In this document: piece by piece, positions 1 through 9,589 of the stretch
Position numbering within the stretch: the stretch's first letter is position 1
How the letters are laid out: each line of letters starts with the position of its first letter
Assembly: GCA_040901675.1 (NCBI GenBank)
Contig: JBBDYJ010000010.1
Location: 362,599 to 426,598 of the forward strand
DNA from: Pirellulales bacterium
GTDB lineage: Bacteria > Planctomycetota > Planctomycetia > Pirellulales > JAICIG01
Direction of reading: 5' to 3'
DNA: 64,000 nt
Notes under the pieces: generated by a model
What the model saw: only the letters and a program-made list of their open reading frames with translations
What the model was told of the DNA's origin: nothing
Databases searched by the model: none
Program-made: the position numbers and the translations under genes

Positions 1-451
1 CGGCGTGCGGGTGGTGTGGGAGTTCGAGCCGGGCTTCGCCTTCAACAAGCCGAGCGACGTCTTTCGCGTGCTCGACGCGGTGAACCATCCGAACTTCATG
101 ATCATGTTCGACACCTGCCACGCCAACATGGTGGCCAAGCACGGCTCGCGCCAGCCGGGCAGCCGCGAGACGCTGCCGGGTGGCATCAAGGAGCTGGCCC
201 AGAAGCTGAAGGGGAAGATAGGCCGCCTGCACCTGATCGATTCGGACGACTCGCTGCACGACAATCACACCAGCACGCACCCGCCGTTCGGCGAAGGCAA
301 CCTCGACTTCGACGAGTTCATGCCGGCCATCGCGGCCGCCGGCAGCCCCGACGATTGGTGGACCATCGACCTCTGCTTCTGGCCCGACGCCTGGAAGGCC
401 ACCGAAAAGTGCAAGCGGGCCATTGACGGGCTGGCCAAGAAGTACGGCTGA
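1..451 (+). CDS. Sugar phosphate isomerase/epimerase (xylose-isomerase-like TIM barrel), 5' end outside the window
   Basis: Motifs WEFEPG, FDTCH, HLIDSD and H-x-PFGEG-x-LDF typical of the AP-endonuclease-2/IolE-like fold. Confidence 0.85.
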   Translation, partial: GVRVVWEFEPGFAFNKPSDVFRVLDAVNHPNFMIMFDTCHANMVAKHGSRQPGSRETLPGGIKELAQKLKGKIGRLHLIDSDDSLHDNHTSTHPPFGEGNLDFDEFMPAIAAAGSPDDWWTIDLCFWPDAWKATEKCKRAIDGLAKKYG

Positions 452-471
452 CAATTGGGTATCCTTAAGAT

Positions 472-1260
472 ATGGCCAGCCCATTCCCCGGCATGGATCC
501 GTACCTGGAAGACGCGGCCCTATGGCCCGGCTTTCATCATCGGCTGATCTCGGCCGCGGCGGAGTTGCTGCAACCGCAACTGAAAAGCCGGGGCTACTTC
601 GTCGATATCGACGAGCGCGTCTGGCTGCTGGAGCCGCAGCGCTCGGTCTACCCGGACTTGGCGGTTTACAACCGGCCGAGGCGCGAGGCGCCGGCCGGGC
701 TCACGGTGGCCGAGGCCGACGAGCCGGTTCGCATCCGGCGCAAGCAAGTCGAAGTCCGCGAGGCCTTCCTGCAGATTTACGACACAAAAGGAAACCGGCT
801 TGTAACGGGAATCGAGTTCGTGAGTCCATCCAACAAGACCGATCCCAAAGGCAGAGAGCTTTACGAGCGGAAGCGGCAGGAAATGGAGGATGCGGGCGTC
901 AACCTGGTTGAGATCGACCTGCTGCGCTCAGGACCGCATCTGCTCAAAGTCCCAGCCGCGCTCCTCGCCGGATTAAAGCCCTGGAATTACCTGGTCGGCA
1001 TCGTCCGTCCCAACCAGCCGGAGTACGAAGTCTACCCCATCCCGTTGCGAAACCGGCTGCCGCGGATCCGCGTTCCTTTGAAGCCGGATGACAGCGACGC
1101 AGTCCTCGATCTTCAACAGGTTTTCGAGCGTGCCTACGAAACGGGGCCATATCCTGACCGCCTTGACTATTCGGCCGATCCGGCCGTACCGCTGACCGGC
1201 GACGACGCCGCCTGGGCCGAGGAACAACTGGTTGCCAAGGCTGCGCCGGCCGGCCGGTGA
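472..1260 (+). CDS. DUF4058 family protein (Uma2-like PD-(D/E)xK fold)
   Basis: Signature start [13 protein letters not shown], plus [17 protein letters not shown] and LDLQQVF. Confidence 0.9.
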   Translation: MASPFPGMDPYLEDAALWPGFHHRLISAAAELLQPQLKSRGYFVDIDERVWLLEPQRSVYPDLAVYNRPRREAPAGLTVAEADEPVRIRRKQVEVREAFLQIYDTKGNRLVTGIEFVSPSNKTDPKGRELYERKRQEMEDAGVNLVEIDLLRSGPHLLKVPAALLAGLKPWNYLVGIVRPNQPEYEVYPIPLRNRLPRIRVPLKPDDSDAVLDLQQVFERAYETGPYPDRLDYSADPAVPLTGDDAAWAEEQLVAKAAPAGR

Positions 1261-1304
1261 CTGAGTTCGACAACATCCGCTACGACCACTTCCGAGGAGC
1301 AACG

Positions 1305-2462
1305 ATGTCCAAGCCTCTTAATGTCGGCCTGATCGGGTACGGCTTCATGGGCCGGGCCCACTCCAACGCTTACCGGCAAGTGAGCCAGTTCTTCCAGCGC
1401 GAGCACCGGCCGGTGCTCAAGGCCTGCTGCGCCCGCAACACGGACAAGATCAAGGCCTTTGCCGAGAACTGGGGGTACGAGTCGTTCGAGACCGACTGGC
1501 GCAAGCTGATCGACCGCAAGGACATCGACCTGATCGACATCGCCTCGCCCAACAACACGCACCGCGAGATCGTGCTGGCCGCCGCCAAGGCCGGCAAGAT
1601 GGTGCTCTGCGAAAAGCCGCTGGCCATGAACGCCGCCGAGGGGGAGGAGATGACGACCGCGGTCGAGCGGGCCGGCGTGGCCAACATGGTCTGGTTCAAC
1701 TATCGCCGCGTGCCGGCCATCGCCCTGGCCCGGCAGATCGTGGACGAGGGGCGTATCGGCCGGCCCTTCCACTACCGGGCCACGTACCTGCAGGACTGGA
1801 CGATTGCCGAGGAGGTGCCGCAGGGGGGCGCGGCGCTCTGGCGGCTGGACGTCAACGTGGCCGGCTCGGGCGTGACCGGCGACCTGCTGGCCCACTCCAT
1901 CGACACGGCCGAGTGGCTCAACGGACGCATCCGCCGGGTGACGGCCGCCACCGAGACGTTTGTCAAGCAGCGGATGCACCAGGAGACGGGCAAGGTCGAG
2001 CCGGTGGGGATCGACGACGCCTGCATGTTCCTGGCCCAGTTCGAAAACGGCTCGATGGGCACGTTCGAGAGCACGCGCTACGCCCGCGGCCGCAAGAATT
2101 ACAACACGTTCGAGCTCAACGGCGCATCCGGGAGCGTGTTCTTCGACCTGGAGGATCCGCAGATCCTGCAGTACTTCAAGTACGCCGATCCCGGCACCGG
2201 CGCCAAGATCGAAAGCCACCTGACCGGCTGGCAGAAGATCCACGTCACCAACTTCGAGCACCCCTACATGAACAAATGGTGGGTGCCGGGTTGCACGATC
2301 GGCTACGAGCACACGTTCATCAACGCCCTGGCTGACTTCCTGGAAGGCCTCGAGACCGGCAAGCCGGTGCAGCCGAGCTTCCGCACCGCCCTCCAGACCC
2401 AGAAGGTCTGCGATGCCGTGCTGGCCAGCGCCAAAAGCGGCCAATGGGTCGACGTCGGATAG
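1305..2462 (+). CDS. Gfo/Idh/MocA family oxidoreductase
   Basis: GLIGYGFMG Rossmann motif, [18 protein letters not shown] at 1305 follows GAGGAG. Confidence 0.92.
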   Translation: MSKPLNVGLIGYGFMGRAHSNAYRQVSQFFQREHRPVLKACCARNTDKIKAFAENWGYESFETDWRKLIDRKDIDLIDIASPNNTHREIVLAAAKAGKMVLCEKPLAMNAAEGEEMTTAVERAGVANMVWFNYRRVPAIALARQIVDEGRIGRPFHYRATYLQDWTIAEEVPQGGAALWRLDVNVAGSGVTGDLLAHSIDTAEWLNGRIRRVTAATETFVKQRMHQETGKVEPVGIDDACMFLAQFENGSMGTFESTRYARGRKNYNTFELNGASGSVFFDLEDPQILQYFKYADPGTGAKIESHLTGWQKIHVTNFEHPYMNKWWVPGCTIGYEHTFINALADFLEGLETGKPVQPSFRTALQTQKVCDAVLASAKSGQWVDVG

Positions 2463-2645
2463 GCTTCCAGCCTGTCGCCGTACGATAGGCATCTTGCCTG
2501 TCACCGTAGCGTAATCCATCCGGCCTGTCGTTTATCGGGTGGCTGGGGCAAAGCGGGCTTCGGCGAGCTCAGTCGAGTCGTAGCGTGCCCCAGTTCAGCC
2601 GACGGCATCCTGCGGTGCTGCGGTAGCGTAATCCATCCGGCCTGT
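2458..2645. repeat. Composite intergenic repeat cluster: two GATAGGC..GCCTGTC hairpins (2458-2476, 2484-2502), then a 23-bp direct repeat (2506-2528, 2623-2645) enclosing a REP
   Basis: Read directly; GTAGCGTAATCCATCCGGCCTGT occurs twice. Confidence 0.85.
2543..2593 (+). repeat. REP family A (CTGGGGCAAAGCG^GTAGCGTGCCCCAG) carrying one 24-bp insert at 2556-2579
   Basis: Removing GGCTTCGGCGAGCTCAGTCGAGTC restores exactly the empty copy at 22426-22452. Confidence 0.92.
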
Positions 2646-2683
2646 GCTAGGCTGGCGGCATCGTTTTCCCTTGCGGCGCCGAC

Positions 2684-3334
2684 ATGAACTACTTTGCCCA
2701 TGGTCGCCGCTTTATCGGCGACCCCTACTTTTTGGCCGGCACGGCAGTGCCCGACCTGTTGAATGTGGTCGACCGCCGGGTCCGGGTCCGCTCCAAGCAT
2801 GCCACCCCGTTCGTCGACGATGCCGACGCGCGCCTGGCGGCCGTGGCCCGCGGCATCGTCGAACACCACCGGGACGACGCCTGGTTTCACGAGACGCCGG
2901 CCTTTGCCGAGCTGTCCTGGCGGCTCACTGCCACCGTGCGCGACGCCCTGGACCCGGATGATGGGCTGCGCCCCAGCTTTCTGGGCCATATCCTGGTCGA
3001 GATCCTGCTGGACGACTACCTGATTCAGACGAACCCGCCGGCGCTGGAGGCCTACTACCACTCGCTGGCCGCGGCCGATGCTCAACTCGTCCAGCAAGCG
3101 GTCAACCGCATGGCTCCTGCCAGCACCGACCGGCTGGCCGCGGGAATAACGCGATTCGGCCAGGAACGATTCTTGTGGGATTACTCGGACGATGGCAAAC
3201 TGTGTTACCGGCTGGACCAGGTGATGCGGCGGGTGGGACTGGCACCGCTGCCGGCGGCATTCCGCGGCCTGCTCGCCGACGCCCGGCGGCTGGTCCACGA
3301 GCACACCGACGCACTATTGACTCCACATCCTTGA
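2684..3334 (+). CDS. ACP phosphodiesterase (AcpH)-like / Zn-dependent hydrolase-like protein
   Basis: Starts MNYFAH, then G..PD, HHRDDAWFH and HILVEILLD. Confidence 0.6.
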   Translation: MNYFAHGRRFIGDPYFLAGTAVPDLLNVVDRRVRVRSKHATPFVDDADARLAAVARGIVEHHRDDAWFHETPAFAELSWRLTATVRDALDPDDGLRPSFLGHILVEILLDDYLIQTNPPALEAYYHSLAAADAQLVQQAVNRMAPASTDRLAAGITRFGQERFLWDYSDDGKLCYRLDQVMRRVGLAPLPAAFRGLLADARRLVHEHTDALLTPHP

Positions 3335-3359
3335 AAACGCCTGCCCCGGGAGACACTCG

Positions 3360-4208
3360 ATGAAGTTCGGCATGAACCTGCTCTTGTGGACCGACACGGT
3401 AACCGATGCCCACCGGCCGATCCTGGAGCGGCTCAAACAGATGGGTTTCGACGGGGTCGAGCTGCCTATCTTCGACCTGGACACCGACAAGTATGCCAAG
3501 CTGGGCCGCTGGCTCGACAACCTGGGCCTCCAGCGCACGGCCGTCACCTGCCGCGGCGCCGACGACAACCCGATCAGCTCCGATGCCAAGGTCCGCGCCG
3601 AGGCGGTCGCCAAGAACAAGGGCGTGCTCGATTGCTGCCAGGCGGCGGGCATCAAGCTGCTGGCCGGCCCGTACCACTCGGCCCTGGGGGTCTTCAGCGG
3701 CAGCGGGCCGACCGCCGACGAGTGGACATGGGGCGTCGAGGGCATGCGGCAAACGGCCGAGCACGCGGCAAGCCGCGGAGTGACCCTGGCCGTCGAGTAT
3801 CTGAACCGCTTCGAGTGTTACCTGCTCAACTGCGCGGCCGACACGGCCCGCTTCGTCACCGAAGTGGACCATCCGGCTTGCCGGATGATGTATGACACGT
3901 TCCATGCCAACATCGAGGAAAAGGACGTGGCGGCCGCCATCCGCGGCTGCGCTGCGCAGACGGTGCACGTGCACCTGTCGGAGAACGATCGGGGCACGCC
4001 GGGAAGCGGGCAGGTCGCCTGGGCCGAGACGTTCGACGCCTTCAAACAGACCGGCTACGACGGTTGGTTCACCATCGAGGCTTTCGGGTTGGCGCTGCCG
4101 GCCCTGGCAGCCGCCACCAAGATCTGGCGGCGGATGTTCCAGAGCGAAGAACAGCTTGCCCGCGACGGCCTCCAGTTCATCCAGCGCGCGTGGGCCAGCC
4201 GCTCGTAG
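3360..4208 (+). CDS. D-tagatose/D-psicose 3-epimerase family protein
   Basis: EYLNRFE, YDTFHANIEE, HLSENDRGTPGSG and IEAF motifs. Confidence 0.9.
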   Translation: MKFGMNLLLWTDTVTDAHRPILERLKQMGFDGVELPIFDLDTDKYAKLGRWLDNLGLQRTAVTCRGADDNPISSDAKVRAEAVAKNKGVLDCCQAAGIKLLAGPYHSALGVFSGSGPTADEWTWGVEGMRQTAEHAASRGVTLAVEYLNRFECYLLNCAADTARFVTEVDHPACRMMYDTFHANIEEKDVAAAIRGCAAQTVHVHLSENDRGTPGSGQVAWAETFDAFKQTGYDGWFTIEAFGLALPALAAATKIWRRMFQSEEQLARDGLQFIQRAWASRS

Positions 4209-4223
4209 GCTGGCAAACAGGCC

Positions 4224-4985
4224 ATGAGCTCCAAGGACGATGCCGGCGGCGAGCAACCAGCCGACTCGGGGCCGAATGCCTTCCAAGGGCGGCCCGGGGA
4301 CCGCGGCCTGTCGCTGAACGAGTTGAGCGAGGCGTTCGCCGAGATGCTCGGCGGAGGGCACGACCCATACCAGGTCCAGGCTGCCGCCGATGCGGCGGAT
4401 CGGGTCTCGGAGCCGGCGGCTGCGGGCGAGCAGGATCCGGCCGCCGGGCAGGCGGGATGTGAGATCTCTCCCCGCAGCATTCTGGAGGCGATGCTCTTCG
4501 TGGGCAGCCCCACGAATGAGCCATTGACCAGCGATCGAGTGGCCAGCCTGATGCGGGGCGTCCGGCCAGCCGAAATCGATGACCTGGTGCGCGACTTGAA
4601 CCGCCAGTATCAGGCGTGCGGCTGCCCCTACCACATCGCCAGCCAGGGTGCCGGCTACCGGTTGGTGCTGCACGAGACGTTTGACCGGATTCGCGGCAAG
4701 TTCTATGGCCGCGTCCGCCACGCACGGCTTTCGCCCGCGGCCATCGAGGTGCTGGCGTTGATCGCTTACAACGGCTCGCTGACCGCCGAGCAAGTGGCCC
4801 GGCTGCGGGGTACTTCGAGCGGCTCGATCCTTTCGCTGCTGGTCCGCCGGCAGTTGCTGAGGATCGAACGGCGCCAGGAGTCGCCTCGCACGCCGCACTA
4901 CTACACTACCGGCCGCTTCTTGGAGGTTTTTGGCCTGGAAAGCCTGGACGATTTGCCGCGCAGCGAAGAGTTGGACAAACGCTAG
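4224..4985 (+). CDS. scpB: SMC-Scp complex subunit ScpB with N-terminal extension
   Basis: LEAMLF, RLSPAAIEVLALIAY, YYTTGRFLEVFGLESLDDLP. Confidence 0.88.
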   Translation: MSSKDDAGGEQPADSGPNAFQGRPGDRGLSLNELSEAFAEMLGGGHDPYQVQAAADAADRVSEPAAAGEQDPAAGQAGCEISPRSILEAMLFVGSPTNEPLTSDRVASLMRGVRPAEIDDLVRDLNRQYQACGCPYHIASQGAGYRLVLHETFDRIRGKFYGRVRHARLSPAAIEVLALIAYNGSLTAEQVARLRGTSSGSILSLLVRRQLLRIERRQESPRTPHYYTTGRFLEVFGLESLDDLPRSEELDKR

Positions 4986-5031
4986 CTGCCTCCCTGAGGA
5001 TCGGCCGAAGAATCACTTCGTCAGATCGCAA

Positions 5032-5060
5032 CTGGGGCACGCTTTATCGCTTTGCCCCAG
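5032..5060 (-). repeat. REP family A, empty variant (GCGATAAAGC core)
   Basis: CTGGGGCACGCTTTATCGCTTTGCCCCAG is the reverse-complement form of family A. Confidence 0.85.
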
Positions 5061-5246
5061 CCAGCAGCTCGCTCGAATCTGCCGCAGCTATTCTCCGTTC
5101 GACCCTAAGGTTTGTGCCAGTAAGAAGTTGCGGATAATGGCCTGAATGCGCAGATTCCTCCGGCCGCCGTTGGTAGAATAGTTGTTTCATGCCTTAACCA
5201 CAGGGCACCCCGATGAGTTGGATCTCTCTTCTCGATTTCCGTCAGG

Positions 5247-5978
5247 ATGTCACGCCTGGTTGATTCGCTGGCTAGTCATTCGACACGCCGAGAAAAACTG
5301 GCCGCCTTGCGGGGGGCGGTGCCGGCCGTGCTCCCCTCGCTGCTGTTGTGCGATTTCGCCAACCTGGCCCTGGAAATCGACAAGCTGCACGAGGCCGGCG
5401 TGCCTGCCTTGCACCTGGACGTGATGGACGGCCACTTTGTGCCGAACCTGACGTATGGCTTGCCCATCGTCGAAGCGGTGCGGCGGCTGACCGACCTGCC
5501 GCTGGACGTGCACCTGATGATTTCCGATCCGGCCGGCTGGGTCGAGCGGTTCTTCGAGGCGGGCGCCGACGTGCTGACGGTCCATGCCGAGGCGGTCGAG
5601 CATCCCGCTGGGGTGCTGGAGCAGATCCGCGCCCTGGGCGCCGCAGCGGGCCTGGCCATCAATCCCCCTACGCCGGTCTCCGTCATCGAGGACTGCCTGG
5701 CGCTGTGCGACCTGGTGCTGGTCATGAGCGTGATGCCAGGCTTCGGCGGCCAGCGATTCGACCCCGTCGCCCTCGACAAGCTGCGGATGTTGAAAGCACA
5801 GACCGGCGAGCGAGTCCTCTTGGAGGTCGACGGGGGGATCAACCAATCCAGCATTGCCCCGTGCGCTCGCGCGGGCGCCGAACTGTTTGTGGTCGGCTCG
5901 GCGATTTTTCGGACCAATGACTACACGGCCGCCGTGAAGAGTTTGACCGGCGCGGCCATGGCAAACCGAGGAGGTTGA
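5247..5978 (+). CDS. rpe: Ribulose-phosphate 3-epimerase
   Basis: HLDVMDGHFVPNLT, DVHLM, MSVMPGFGGQ, EVDGG. Confidence 0.96.
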   Translation: MSRLVDSLASHSTRREKLAALRGAVPAVLPSLLLCDFANLALEIDKLHEAGVPALHLDVMDGHFVPNLTYGLPIVEAVRRLTDLPLDVHLMISDPAGWVERFFEAGADVLTVHAEAVEHPAGVLEQIRALGAAAGLAINPPTPVSVIEDCLALCDLVLVMSVMPGFGGQRFDPVALDKLRMLKAQTGERVLLEVDGGINQSSIAPCARAGAELFVVGSAIFRTNDYTAAVKSLTGAAMANRGG

Positions 5979-5989
5979 CAAGACGGGCG

Positions 5990-6571
5990 ATGGTTCAAAT
6001 TGTTCTGATCCGTCCTGGTGCAACGCATTACGATCAACAGGGGCGCATCCAGGGAGTCCTCGACGTGCCGCTGAGCGACGAGGGCACCGACGAAGTGGCC
6101 AAGGTCGGCGGCGAACTGGAGGGGATTGGCATCGAAGTGCTGTATTCTTCCATCTGCGAGCGGGCCTGGCAGACCGCTTCGGCCATTGCCGCACTTTTAG
6201 GAGTGAAGGCCAAGAAGCTCGAGAACATGCACAACCTGAACCACGGCTTGTGGCAGGGTATGCTCGTTGACGACGTGAGGCGCAAGCAACCCAAGGTCTA
6301 CCGGCAGTGGCAGGAACAGCCCCAGAGCATCTGCCCGCCCGAGGGCGAAATGCTCAGCCAGGCCGGCGGCCGCGTGCGGTCGACGCTCGCCCGGCTGTTG
6401 AAGAGACATAAAGAAGGAGTGATCGGGCTGGTCGTTCCCGAGCCCCTGGCCAGCCTGGTGCGATCCCACCTGCGGCACACGGATCTGGGCGATCTATGGC
6501 GGGCCGGCAGCCAGCACGGCACCTGGGAAGTCATCGACGTCGAGCCTCGCAGTGTCGCCCATAGCGGATAA
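5990..6571 (+). CDS. Histidine phosphatase / phosphoglycerate mutase-like protein (RPG in place of RHG)
   Basis: LIRPG-T, DVPLS..G, RAWQTA, GLWQG, PEGE. Confidence 0.8.
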   Translation: MVQIVLIRPGATHYDQQGRIQGVLDVPLSDEGTDEVAKVGGELEGIGIEVLYSSICERAWQTASAIAALLGVKAKKLENMHNLNHGLWQGMLVDDVRRKQPKVYRQWQEQPQSICPPEGEMLSQAGGRVRSTLARLLKRHKEGVIGLVVPEPLASLVRSHLRHTDLGDLWRAGSQHGTWEVIDVEPRSVAHSG

Positions 6572-6573
6572 TC

Positions 6574-7422
6574 ATGGCCAGCAAATCCGAAATCCAACTC
6601 GGGCAGCCCGGCATGAAGCGCCCCAAGCGAGGTGTTCCCGAGGGGCTCTGGAAACGCTGCCCGGGCTGCCAGGCCACCATCTTCCGCAAGGAGGCCGAGA
6701 AGCGGCTGGGCGTCTGTCCCGAGTGCGACTACCACTGGTACGTGTCGGCACGCGAGCGGATCAGCCAGCTTCTGGACGATGGCACCTTCGAGGAGTGGGA
6801 CTGCGGACTAGAGCCCACCGATCCGCTCGACTTCGTCGACAAAAAGCCCTATAGCGAGCGGCTCAAGGCGGAGCAGGCCCGCACCGGCCTTTCGGATGCG
6901 GCCATGGTGGGCACCGGCATGATCCGTGCCCGCCGCGTGGCCTTCGGCGTGACCGACTCCGCCTTCATCATGGGGAGCATGGGGGCCGTGGTCGGCGAAA
7001 AGTTGACCCGCACCGTCGAGCGGGCCACCTCCCAGCGGCTGCCTTTGATCATCGTCAGCGGTTCCGGGGGTGGAGCCCGCATGCACGAGGGCATCCTCTC
7101 GCTGATGCAAATGGCAAAGGTCTCTGCGGCGTTGGCACGCTACGACCAGGCGGGCGGCTTGTTCATCTCGGTGCTGACCAATCCAACGATGGGAGGCGTG
7201 GCCGCCAGCTTTGCCTCGCTGGGCGACCTGGTGTTCGCCGAGCCCAAGGCCTTGATTGGTTTTGCCGGCCCGCGCACCATCCAGGCGACCATCCGCATCG
7301 AGCTGCCCAAGGGCTTTCAGACCAGCGAGTTCCTGCTGGAGCACGGTTTCATCGACCGAATCGTCCGTCGAGGCGACCTCAAGAGCGAGATTGCCCGCGC
7401 CATCGACTATTGCGGCAAGTAA
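6574..7422 (+). CDS. accD: Acetyl-CoA carboxylase carboxyltransferase beta subunit
   Basis: [12 protein letters not shown] zinc finger, [24 protein letters not shown]. Confidence 0.96.
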   Translation: MASKSEIQLGQPGMKRPKRGVPEGLWKRCPGCQATIFRKEAEKRLGVCPECDYHWYVSARERISQLLDDGTFEEWDCGLEPTDPLDFVDKKPYSERLKAEQARTGLSDAAMVGTGMIRARRVAFGVTDSAFIMGSMGAVVGEKLTRTVERATSQRLPLIIVSGSGGGARMHEGILSLMQMAKVSAALARYDQAGGLFISVLTNPTMGGVAASFASLGDLVFAEPKALIGFAGPRTIQATIRIELPKGFQTSEFLLEHGFIDRIVRRGDLKSEIARAIDYCGK

Positions 7423-7430
7423 GTTCCTCC

Positions 7431-8306
7431 ATGGGCCTCTTCGGTCAGCTCAAGGCGATGATCACGCGCGGGCGGGTCGACGTCCGCGCCCGCTACGAGT
7501 TCCTGCAGAAGGCCATCTCCGGCACGATGTCGAAGTTCTACAAGGCCCGCGACCGCGAGACCAGCCGGATCGTGGGAGTGAAGATCCTCGATCCCAAGAA
7601 GACGGCCGACTTCGAGGCCCGCTTCAAGGGATTGAAGAAACCGAGCGAAGGCGAGATCCTCTCCTCGATCGATCATCCCCGCATTGTCAAAGGGCTCCAG
7701 TACGGCACCACGAGCGAAGGCGAGCCGTTCGTGGTGATGGAGTATCTGGAAGGCGCCGGGCTGAACTCGCTGATCATCGGGCGCAGCCCGCTCTTGGACG
7801 GCCGGCGAGTGAACCTCATACGTCAGGCGGCCGAGGCCCTGGAGGCGGTCCACGATGCCGGTTATATCCACCGCGACGTCTGCCCCCGCAATTTCATGGT
7901 TACGCCCGATGCCGGAGAACTGACGCTGATCGACTTCGGACTCACGGTGCCGGCGACCGCCCACTTCATGCAGCCGGGCAATCGCACCGGGACGCCGAAC
8001 TACATGGCCCCCGAACTGGTGAAACGCAAGGCCACGGATAAGCGGCTCGACGTGTTCGCCTTCGGCGTCAGCGCCTATGAGATCTGCACCTTCCACCTCC
8101 CCTGGGAGCGCGGCACCACCGGGCAAATCGCCATGACCCATGCCAACCAGCCGCCTATCGATATCCGGCGTTACCGGCCCAAGATGCATCCGATCCTGGC
8201 AGGCGCCATCACGCATTGCATCGAGCGCGATCCGGCCGCCAGGTTTGAAAGCGTCGGCGACTTTCTCCGCGCCATCGAGACCGTCGAGTCCGAAGAGGCC
8301 GACTAG
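7431..8306 (+). CDS. Ser/Thr protein kinase, catalytic domain only
   Basis: VKIL, HRDVCPRN, DFGL, GTPNYMAPE. Confidence 0.9.
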   Translation: MGLFGQLKAMITRGRVDVRARYEFLQKAISGTMSKFYKARDRETSRIVGVKILDPKKTADFEARFKGLKKPSEGEILSSIDHPRIVKGLQYGTTSEGEPFVVMEYLEGAGLNSLIIGRSPLLDGRRVNLIRQAAEALEAVHDAGYIHRDVCPRNFMVTPDAGELTLIDFGLTVPATAHFMQPGNRTGTPNYMAPELVKRKATDKRLDVFAFGVSAYEICTFHLPWERGTTGQIAMTHANQPPIDIRRYRPKMHPILAGAITHCIERDPAARFESVGDFLRAIETVESEEAD

Positions 8307-8412
8307 TACTACAACGCGGATCGACTCCCCGGGCGCAACCTCTGGTGGCGGGTCGACGCTTGCTAGCACAAGATGATGTGCTAGCGAGGCGCGATCCGCG
8401 TTGTAATACTAG
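8303..8412. mobile_element. Putative MITE, 110 bp, with 21-bp terminal inverted repeats beginning CTAG
   Basis: CTAGTACTACAACGCGGATCG ... CGATCCGCGTTGTAATACTAG (1 mismatch); internal hairpin GCTAGCACA-N6-TGTGCTAGC. Confidence 0.7.
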
Positions 8413-8418
8413 GCGATC

Positions 8419-8446
8419 GTAGCAGAACTCGCCAGAGTTCTGGCGA
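8419..8446 (+). repeat. GTAG-type REP family C
   Basis: GTAGCAGAACTCGCCAGAGTTCTGGCGA; related copies at 28331-28356 and 41816-41930. Confidence 0.75.
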
Positions 8447-8690
8447 GGCGGACAGCGGACCGATCTCTGTCGCTCTCCAGCCTATCTGCACCGTGTTCGT
8501 ACTGCGCGGATTCATGCGGTCGTGTTGCCTTTCTCTCTGCGCGTCTCCGCGTCCTCTGCGGTCGGGTTTCCTTGGACCCCAACAATGGGGTCACTACAAG
8601 ACTGCGGCGAAGCTTGACTTTCGCCGGGCCAATTGACATTATCGGGCGTTGATGGGTTGTGGCCTCGTCAGTTCCAGGGAACCTTTGCTC

Positions 8691-9416
8691 ATGCTCTCGA
8701 CCATCCGTGCACGGATCACGTCGCCTTCGATGCTCGTCTGCTTCTGCCTGGCCGGCTGTCTCTGGGGACAGGAATACAAGAGCGGCAAAGTCTGGCCCGA
8801 GCCGCCCGTGGTCGACCCGGGTGGCCCCGGCACGCCGCCGTCGGATGCCATCCGGCTCTTCGACGGCAAGGATCTGAACCAGTGGGAGGGGGGCGAGAGC
8901 TGGATCATCAAGGATAGCGTGGCCACCATCCGCGGCGGCGGCATTACCAGCAAGCAGGCCTTCGGCGACTGCCAATTGCACCTTGAGTGGGCCGCACCAA
9001 AAAAGATCGAAGGTGAAGGCCAGGGCCGCGGCAACAGCGGCATTTATATGCAAGGGCTGTACGAAATCCAGGTGCTCGATTCGTACGAGAACGCCACCTA
9101 CCCCGACGGCCAGGCCGCCGCCTTGTACAAGCAGTCGCCCCCGCTGGTCAACGCCTGCCGCAAGCCGGGCGAGTGGCAGTCGTTCGACATCATCTTTCAG
9201 GCCCCCCGCTTCGACGAGGCCGGCCGGCTCAAGCGTCCCGGCTACGTGACGGTGCTGTACAATGGCGTGTTGGTGCAAAACCACGTCAAGATCGAGGGGA
9301 CGACTTCCTGGGACCAGGCCCCGGCCTACTCACCCCATGCGGAGAAGCTGCCGTTGCACATCCAGGACCACGGAAACCCGGTCCGCTTCCGCAACATCTG
9401 GATTCGCGAACTATAG
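8691..9416 (+). CDS. DUF1080 (3-keto-disaccharide hydrolase) secreted protein; start uncertain
   Basis: PPSDAIRLFDGKDL, GNSGIY, YEIQVLDS, LHIQDHGNPVRFRNIWIREL. Confidence 0.9.
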   Translation: MLSTIRARITSPSMLVCFCLAGCLWGQEYKSGKVWPEPPVVDPGGPGTPPSDAIRLFDGKDLNQWEGGESWIIKDSVATIRGGGITSKQAFGDCQLHLEWAAPKKIEGEGQGRGNSGIYMQGLYEIQVLDSYENATYPDGQAAALYKQSPPLVNACRKPGEWQSFDIIFQAPRFDEAGRLKRPGYVTVLYNGVLVQNHVKIEGTTSWDQAPAYSPHAEKLPLHIQDHGNPVRFRNIWIREL

Positions 9417-9589
9417 CTTGCCAGCATGCGCAAAGGAGTGCTTCCCGCCCGCGGAGGTAGTGCCACCCCGCCCCCCAGGAGCGGCCCTGTGGCTCGTTCC
9501 GGTAAAGGCCGTTGCTGGCCCGGTATTCGCTTCCGCTCGACCGGCACTGGGCTCGAGCCTCATACGTGCGGGGCGGACAAGATAGCATC

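Noticed and set aside
2506..2645. Possible mini-CRISPR array (23-bp repeat twice)
   Set aside because: Only two copies, a 94-bp spacer that is itself a repeat, and no cas genes.
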